Below, one piece after another: positions 15,012 to 20,000 of a stretch of DNA of 20,000 nt. This stretch comes from an uncultured virus (IMG/VR IMGVR_UViG_3300044638_000550) (Duplodnaviria; Heunggongvirae; Uroviricota; Caudoviricetes), in the IMG/VR virus record IMGVR_UViG_3300044638_000550; one strand, 5' to 3'. The notes beneath the pieces are model-generated. The model was not told the origin of the DNA. It did not search any database and saw nothing but the letters and a program-made list of their open reading frames with translations. Each line of letters starts with the position of its first letter. Position 1 is the first letter of the stretch. A program made the position numbers and the translations under genes.

Positions 15012-16025
15012 TTAATATGTAGTAATTCTTGCAAATCCAGCACCACCCGCACCGCCAGCACCAGAGTTTGTGCCATTTAATGAAGCACCGCCACCGCCAC
15101 CGCCAGAGCCTCTTATGCCAGCTCCACCATTACCCGCTGGGGTTGGACTAACAGAATTTGCCGCACCACCTCCGCCACCACTTCCAGAGCCAGTTGCACT
15201 AATAGTTCCATCGCCTCCATTACAAGTTGGTGAAGCGGCTACCGTACCATTAGTACCACCACCACCAGCTAGATACCTATTAGTTCCACCTCCTGCACCG
15301 CCAGCGCTTGCAACATTTGCGCTACTTATGCCACCGCCAGCCCCACCACCGCCAGGGCCAAGCAATGAAGCACCACCGCCACCGCCACCCGCACCAGCAG
15401 CGGAGCAACCACCACCACCGCCTCCACCACGTTCAGCATTTCCACCACTGCTAGTTCCCGAACCCGCACCACCGCCACCGCTAATATTATTAAAATTACT
15501 AGTACCGCCATAATATTGTGTAAATGGGAGGCCACCATCTGCATGAGCCGCACCCGCACTTCCACCATTTCCAGCACCACCACTACCGCCACCACCACCG
15601 CCACAACCATTTGCCGCATCTGAACCTCCCGCACCAAAAGCACCAGCATAAGCGGTTAAGTAACCAACAAAAATTGTGTTTCCGCCAGAAGTTCCTTGAT
15701 TTCCAGAAGTGCTATCTGCGGTTACAGCTGCACCACCATTACCACCCGCACCAATGGTCACAGATACAATAGATGGTATGTCACTAGCCTTGTAAATAAC
15801 ACTAACATAAGCGGCCCCAGAACCACCACCACCGCCTGATCTTTGACTAACAGCCGCACCTCTACGACCACTGCCACCACCACCGCCACCGCCCCAAAGT
15901 TCTACTTGAACATAATTAGCGTTTGGCGGTTTAACCCATCTACTAGAAAAAATAAATTCTTGAACATTAGTTGGTCTGTCATTTACAACATAATTAAATG
16001 AACTAGGTTGATTGGGCTGTGACAT
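15012..16025 (-). CDS. glycine-rich (polyglycine-II-type) fibre/adhesin protein (337 aa)
   Basis: Start reassigned to ATG 16025. WVKP..ANYVQVELWGGGGGGGSG, VSVTIGAGG, many GGGGG runs and a terminal GGAGFARITTY. Confidence 0.78.
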   Translation of the reverse strand: MSQPNQPSSFNYVVNDRPTNVQEFIFSSRWVKPPNANYVQVELWGGGGGGGSGRRGAAVSQRSGGGGGSGAAYVSVIYKASDIPSIVSVTIGAGGNGGAAVTADSTSGNQGTSGGNTIFVGYLTAYAGAFGAGGSDAANGCGGGGGGSGGAGNGGSAGAAHADGGLPFTQYYGGTSNFNNISGGGGAGSGTSSGGNAERGGGGGGGCSAAGAGGGGGGASLLGPGGGGAGGGISSANVASAGGAGGGTNRYLAGGGGTNGTVAASPTCNGGDGTISATGSGSGGGGGAANSVSPTPAGNGGAGIRGSGGGGGGASLNGTNSGAGGAGGAGFARITTY

Positions 16026-16026
16026 T

Positions 16027-16509
16027 TTAGTAATTTCCACCAAATGCAGAAACAGCGATACCAATGTTTGTACCACCAGCCGCTACCGTTGTACCCGCAT
16101 AAATTCTGTAAGTTGCAGGGAGGTTCAAACCCACACTAGGAATCGTCAATGGATAAATGGTCAAAGCCGTTGTTCCCAAGGCGGTCACGGCCGTTGCGGG
16201 GATAGCTACTTCACCTAAAAAAATGTTTGTGCTTGCCGTTGTATTAGCAGCACCATTGTTAATCCAAAAACGAACAACCGTTGCCGATGAAGTACCCGAT
16301 GCGGTTGCACCATTGGTTGAAGCCAAACGACACATAATTTGATCAATACGAGCGCCATCAGCACCCGCAGTAAAGACAAGCACCATGGCCGTGCCAACGG
16401 CTTGAGTACCGTCAAAAGCGGTTGTGTTGGTCATTGCCGTGCTTAAAACGGCATTTGTTGCGCCTACGTTTGGCGTTTGCGTAAAAACAGGTGTTGCTGT
16501 GACTGCCAT
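16027..16509 (-). CDS. beta-rich virion structural protein (160 aa)
   Basis: T/A/G/V-rich with few charges; inside the structural block. Confidence 0.65.
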   Translation of the reverse strand: MAVTATPVFTQTPNVGATNAVLSTAMTNTTAFDGTQAVGTAMVLVFTAGADGARIDQIMCRLASTNGATASGTSSATVVRFWINNGAANTTASTNIFLGEVAIPATAVTALGTTALTIYPLTIPSVGLNLPATYRIYAGTTVAAGGTNIGIAVSAFGGNY

Positions 16510-16511
16510 GA

Positions 16512-16877
16512 TTAAAAACCCCCAAAATTAGTTTGCATAAAAATATTAGCGCCCGTGCTACCACCGCCCGCTGAAATTGTGATTGACCCCGAGCCATTTG
16601 TAATGGTGATGCCACTTCCTTGTGTCAATGTTGCCAATGTGTAACTTGACCCATTGCCAATCAACAATTGACCGTTTGTAGGCACACTAGAAACGCCCGT
16701 TCCACCACCCGTGATCCCAACTGCGCCAAACGCCAATGTGCCACTACCATCGGTTTTAAGAACCTGACCGTTAGCACCATCGGCTAAAGGCAAAGTAAAG
16801 TTGGTTGTGGAACTTGTGCTAGGGGCAAGTAAATTGACCGATCCACCCGCTGAAGATTGAAAGACTAAAGTTCCCAT
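16512..16877 (-). CDS. short fibre-like protein (121 aa)
   Basis: FTLPLADGANGQVLKTDGSGTLAF, GGTG, NGQLLIGNG and GSGITITNGSGSITIS are shaft motifs common in phage fibres; RBS AAGGA. Confidence 0.7.
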   Translation of the reverse strand: MGTLVFQSSAGGSVNLLAPSTSSTTNFTLPLADGANGQVLKTDGSGTLAFGAVGITGGGTGVSSVPTNGQLLIGNGSSYTLATLTQGSGITITNGSGSITISAGGGSTGANIFMQTNFGGF

Positions 16878-16898
16878 GATGTTCCTTTAGTAAGCGGA

Positions 16899-17474
16899 TT
16901 AGGCGTTATGAATCACGCAAAAGTTAATCACAACGGCTTCAGACAATGAACCACCTGAAATGTTGCGTAATGAAATGCTAACACTACCCGCAGCCAAACC
17001 ATTAGCAAATACGTTGTATGAGCCAGGCGTGGCTTGACCACCAGAAATTGTCAAAATTACAGTATCGTTAACGCTGATCGTTGAATTATTTAACGTAAAA
17101 GTTGCATTAGTTGCAGTAGTTAATAAAGCGTTGTTCATTGTGATACGACCCGCAGACTTATCTAAAGTCACCGCAGTTGACTTGCTTGTCAATTGGGTAA
17201 CAGTTCCTTGTGCGGCAGCTGAGTAACCAAGTTCGCTTGAAGCGTAAACGGTTGTTCCCGTCACGGCAGCGGGGGTTGTGCCACCAATGACCGTGTTGTT
17301 AATTGTTGAGCCTGTAATGACTGTGTTATTAATTGTTGAGCCTGTAATCGGAGGGCTAAAGTAAGCCCCCGCTGGCCCAACCAAACCCAAGCAAGCGCCC
17401 GCTGAATCAAACTCAGCTTGCACAGGGACAATGTTTGTAGTAGATGTGTTTGCAACGGAATTAGTGCTTGACAT
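16899..17474 (-). CDS. beta-rich virion structural protein (191 aa)
   Basis: GTVTQLTSKSTAVTL..SAGRITMNNA..FTLNNSTI pattern; RBS AAGGA. Confidence 0.7.
   Translation of the reverse strand: MSSTNSVANTSTTNIVPVQAEFDSAGACLGLVGPAGAYFSPPITGSTINNTVITGSTINNTVIGGTTPAAVTGTTVYASSELGYSAAAQGTVTQLTSKSTAVTLDKSAGRITMNNALLTTATNATFTLNNSTISVNDTVILTISGGQATPGSYNVFANGLAAGSVSISLRNISGGSLSEAVVINFCVIHNA
17286..17348 (-). repeat. 30-bp in-frame tandem duplication (ITGSTINNTV x2)
   Basis: aatgaccgtgttgttaattgttgagcctgt vs aatgactgtgttattaattgttgagcctgt; two synonymous mismatches. Confidence 0.9.
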
Positions 17475-17486
17475 GGGTTTTTCCTT

Positions 17487-17834
17487 TTAGCTTTGATCGC
17501 CCACAGGGGTGATGTAAACAATTGACGGGCCAGCGGCTGAACCAATCAGTCGGACGTAGTAAGGGCTTGCGGGTACTGCCAAGACAATCGGAACTGTCAT
17601 TGAGGCGGGTAACACAAAGTTCCCTGTGGTTGAACCGCTGACGGGCAAAACAGCCGCACCCACGTTAGCATCGCCAAGGCTTACAGCAACATAGGTAGCA
17701 CCCGTGTTGATGAAAGAGGCGTAGTTAACTTGGTCATTGGTGCTTGCCTTGATCTGCGTAGCAGTGGTAGAAGAAGCCGCCACCGAAATGGCGGTTGTGA
17801 CTCCTACGGGGCGTAAGACCGTTGTATTAGACAT
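17487..17834 (-). CDS. small beta-rich virion protein (115 aa)
   Basis: Composition and position in the structural block; ends in a VYITPVG motif. Confidence 0.7.
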   Translation of the reverse strand: MSNTTVLRPVGVTTAISVAASSTTATQIKASTNDQVNYASFINTGATYVAVSLGDANVGAAVLPVSGSTTGNFVLPASMTVPIVLAVPASPYYVRLIGSAAGPSIVYITPVGDQS

Positions 17835-17836
17835 GA

Positions 17837-18160
17837 TTAGCCCGCTGTTGTGGGTAATGGGCCTTCAAACCGAATCACATCCACAAGGTATGTGCCAGCG
17901 GTAGGAGTTAACGATCCCGCAGTGACATTTCCAAATTGGATGCTTAGTGTATTGTCGGCAGAGCAACGTGCGTCAGCGATAAAAACACCCGCAGTTTGAG
18001 CCGCTTGACAAGCCACCAAAACGTGATCTGTTGACAAAAGGCCTGGCACGGTAAATGTTTGTGCCGCAGTGGTTGCCGCTGCAACAGCAGCAGGGGTCAA
18101 GGACGGGCCAACATAAAATGTTTGCAACGCATTGCCACGGGCTAGGGTAGTAGAGGGCAT
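17837..18160 (-). CDS. small beta-rich virion protein (107 aa, MPSTTLARG...)
   Basis: Start reassigned to ATG 18160 (AAGGAATCATC-ATG); the track start at 18214 lies inside a terminator. Confidence 0.72.
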   Translation of the reverse strand: MPSTTLARGNALQTFYVGPSLTPAAVAAATTAAQTFTVPGLLSTDHVLVACQAAQTAGVFIADARCSADNTLSIQFGNVTAGSLTPTAGTYLVDVIRFEGPLPTTAG

Positions 18161-18197
18161 GATGATTCCTTTAGAGAATGAGTAAATTGTAACGCTA

Positions 18198-18236
18198 AAT
18201 AAAGAAAAAGCCACCCCTTTTGAGAGTGGCTCTTTC
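18198..18236 (-). terminator. Rho-independent terminator after the coat and decoration genes
   Basis: The minus strand reads AGCCACTCTCAAAAGGGGTGGCT followed by TTTTCTTTATTT: GC-rich stem plus U-tract. Confidence 0.82.
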
Positions 18237-18253
18237 TCACATCACATCAGGAT

Positions 18254-18679
18254 TTAGCTGAATGTGCTGAAGTCGTAGCCATAGACGTAAACATCCATCG
18301 TAGCGGCTGCGCCTTGTGCCGTGCCAACATTCAGATACAGGTTTTGACCCGTTTGAATGCCTGTGGCAGCAACGGTGCGTTGTGACACTACGGTTGCGGA
18401 TGTCAAAGCCGACAAAGCGGCATTGGCGACAATTCCTGTACCCGCTGCGCTAGGGGCTGTAAACAGACCCGCTGCGGCAGTTGTCAATGAAATTGAAGCA
18501 TTGGTGAAAACCACATTGCTAACAGAGTAGTTTGTGGAGTTGTTGATTGCGATAACCGCTTGATCACCCGTTGCATTGACGTTCACACCAATTGCAACGC
18601 CTAAAAGACGAATTGCTTGGTTAGATGCCAAATTGGATGGGTGAATCGTTGTGCTACTTGCTGGGCCTGGATTTGCCAT
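18254..18679 (-). CDS. probable capsid decoration/cement protein (141 aa)
   Basis: Directly after the coat gene and before the terminator, so probably co-expressed at high level; beta-sandwich-like composition; RBS TAAGGA. Confidence 0.6.
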   Translation of the reverse strand: MANPGPASSTTIHPSNLASNQAIRLLGVAIGVNVNATGDQAVIAINNSTNYSVSNVVFTNASISLTTAAAGLFTAPSAAGTGIVANAALSALTSATVVSQRTVAATGIQTGQNLYLNVGTAQGAAATMDVYVYGYDFSTFS

Positions 18680-18709
18680 GATATGTATTCCTTAAATAAA
18701 GTTTAGAAC

Positions 18710-18729
18710 GGGGGGCGTTTAAACCCCCC
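18710..18729 (-). promoter_or_regulatory. G6/C6 hairpin after the coat stop codon (weak terminator or mRNA stabiliser)
   Basis: GGGGGG-TTTAAACG-CCCCCC on the minus strand, followed by an interrupted U-rich tail GTTCTAAACTTTATTT. Confidence 0.55.
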
Positions 18730-18736
18730 TTGACCA

Positions 18737-19993
18737 TTAGGCAGCGACTCGGCAAGCGAGTTCGGGGTACAGAGGCGCCCAGCCATATAGAACGTCCAAA
18801 CGGGTAGGAATGGAGTCATTGTTAATTGTGTACTGACGCACAACACGCATTGACAAACCAATTTCCTTATCGCTTGCACGACCCGCAAAGTGGACCCCCT
18901 CAGGTAGCTCGAGATCGCAGCAGGCCAACGTAAATGCATTCCGATGCATAATGATATTTTGTGGGGAAACAGTACCAACTTTGTTGAACTGAGTCACCGC
19001 AGCCGTGGCAGAGGTTGTAGGAATTGACACGTTTTGGAACTGACCCGCAGTGATCACCGCAGGGCTGACCACAACAGAGACAGTAGAACCAGAAGCAATG
19101 GCGGTTGTAGACTTCACAACAAAGTTGCGGAGTTTGTTTGTGCCATACGCTTGACGATTCTGTGGGTTAACTGCGAAAACGCCATCAATCGTAATGACAT
19201 CGCCAGCATTAAGATTCATTGTTCCCGTGTTAGCCGCAGTCACGCTGATAGTGCTTGAGGATGCCCAACCAGTGGTCAGGAAGCCCGTTGCAGTTGTGGT
19301 AGCAACAGAAGCGGTCACAGTTGTTGTGGAGTTGTTACCAAAGGTTTGGCTCACCACGTTCTGATCCATCTTCCAGTTCATGCCCGCAGAGTCACGACCC
19401 ATCAAACCCTTTTCGTATTGATTGCCAATACGGTCAGAGGGGACAAACAAACCCTTCAAGCTATCAACAATCGTTGCCGATGTGAAAGGCTCAACGATAC
19501 ATGATCTACGGCCATCACGGGGTGCGCCTTCAGAGTCAAGGTAAGCGCCCGCAGTCAGGTATGTGATCAGACCAGTTGGGGGTGTGCCAGCAGTACCAAC
19601 GATGTTGGCGGTTTGCAATGTAGCCATAGACATACCATCACGGTCAATCTTGTTGGCAATCGCTGCAATAGCGGGCTTCAACACACGGTCACTAAACATA
19701 TCCAAGGACAAAGCCAAGTCTTGTGTTGTGAACTGAGTGTCAACGTGGAACTGTGTGGACAAGCTAACGGGAACTGAAGTCTCGTTAAAATCTTCCACAT
19801 TCAGGGCTGGGCCTGTTGTTCCGATGAAACGGCCAGGTCTGCGGACATTGACTGTGTTACCAATCTTTGCACCGACAACAGCGAACTGGTCATCATAGTT
19901 ACGGTCAACTTCACTTGTGAAAGTCAACTCATTTTCCAAAACCATCAACGCTTCGTTGGTGATCTTGCTTATCGTCAATAAATTATTAGCCAT
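18737..19993 (-). CDS. major capsid protein, P22 coat (gp5) family (418 aa)
   Basis: MANNLLTISKITNEALMVLENEL..VDRNYDDQF...KIGNTVNVRRP, LSLDMFSDRVLKPA..IANKID, an I-domain-like insert (AGDVITIDGVFAVNP) and RLDVLYGW..LYPELACR. Confidence 0.92.
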   Translation of the reverse strand: MANNLLTISKITNEALMVLENELTFTSEVDRNYDDQFAVVGAKIGNTVNVRRPGRFIGTTGPALNVEDFNETSVPVSLSTQFHVDTQFTTQDLALSLDMFSDRVLKPAIAAIANKIDRDGMSMATLQTANIVGTAGTPPTGLITYLTAGAYLDSEGAPRDGRRSCIVEPFTSATIVDSLKGLFVPSDRIGNQYEKGLMGRDSAGMNWKMDQNVVSQTFGNNSTTTVTASVATTTATGFLTTGWASSSTISVTAANTGTMNLNAGDVITIDGVFAVNPQNRQAYGTNKLRNFVVKSTTAIASGSTVSVVVSPAVITAGQFQNVSIPTTSATAAVTQFNKVGTVSPQNIIMHRNAFTLACCDLELPEGVHFAGRASDKEIGLSMRVVRQYTINNDSIPTRLDVLYGWAPLYPELACRVAA

Positions 19994-20000
19994 TTTTGGA

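Noticed and set aside
15070..15772. Pro-rich, His-rich and Val-rich ORFs (15070-15513 +, 15524-15772 +, 15326-15649 -)
   Set aside because: They are shadow frames of the GGT/GGC codon runs of the Gly-rich gene.
17474..17489. In-frame junction TAA AAG GAA AAA CCC ATG suggesting stop read-through
   Set aside because: TAA is rarely read through, and the 12-nt spacer is simply the AAGGA RBS of the downstream gene.
18703..18978. Alternative-frame ORF over the coat 3' end as a possible T7 10B-like capsid extension
   Set aside because: That frame stops at 18703 without reaching the next gene, in-frame read-through meets TAA after 5 codons, and I saw no slippery site.
1..20000. Alternative genetic code, introns/inteins or prophage boundaries
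   Set aside because: Genes tile densely under the standard code, no interrupted genes or intein motifs were seen, and no integrase, att site or host genes are present.

Overview
This window is part of a tailed dsDNA phage genome with a P22-like (podovirus) virion module. No integrase, att site or host gene is visible. The + strand (1-3017) carries small early/middle genes: a Sak3/DUF1071-type annealing protein, a YqaJ/lambda-type exonuclease, a small SSB-like protein ending DDEEIPF, a winged-HTH protein and a Zn-finger protein. The - strand (19993 down to 3003) carries the late genes. In order these are a P22 gp5-like coat protein, a probable decoration protein, a block of small beta-rich structural genes with a glycine-rich adhesin-like protein and probable chaperone, a gp4-like adaptor, a gp10-like tail hub, a very short gene in the gp26 position, three ejection proteins, a stub tailspike/collar protein and a six-gene lysis region with a GH24 endolysin. 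The most notable observations are: (i) a structured intergenic RNA with an exact loop-E/sarcin-ricin (GAAC/UAGUA) motif just after the SSB-like gene; (ii) a G GGT TTT slippery heptamer whose -1 frame fuses two fibre-like genes; (iii) one ~65-aa beta module inserted into both adaptor and tail hub, with a nested insertion in one copy; (iv) 28/29-residue duplications enlarging the gp7-like protein; (v) apparently no CCGG anywhere in 20 kb. All family assignments come from motif recognition and gene order, not from database searches.
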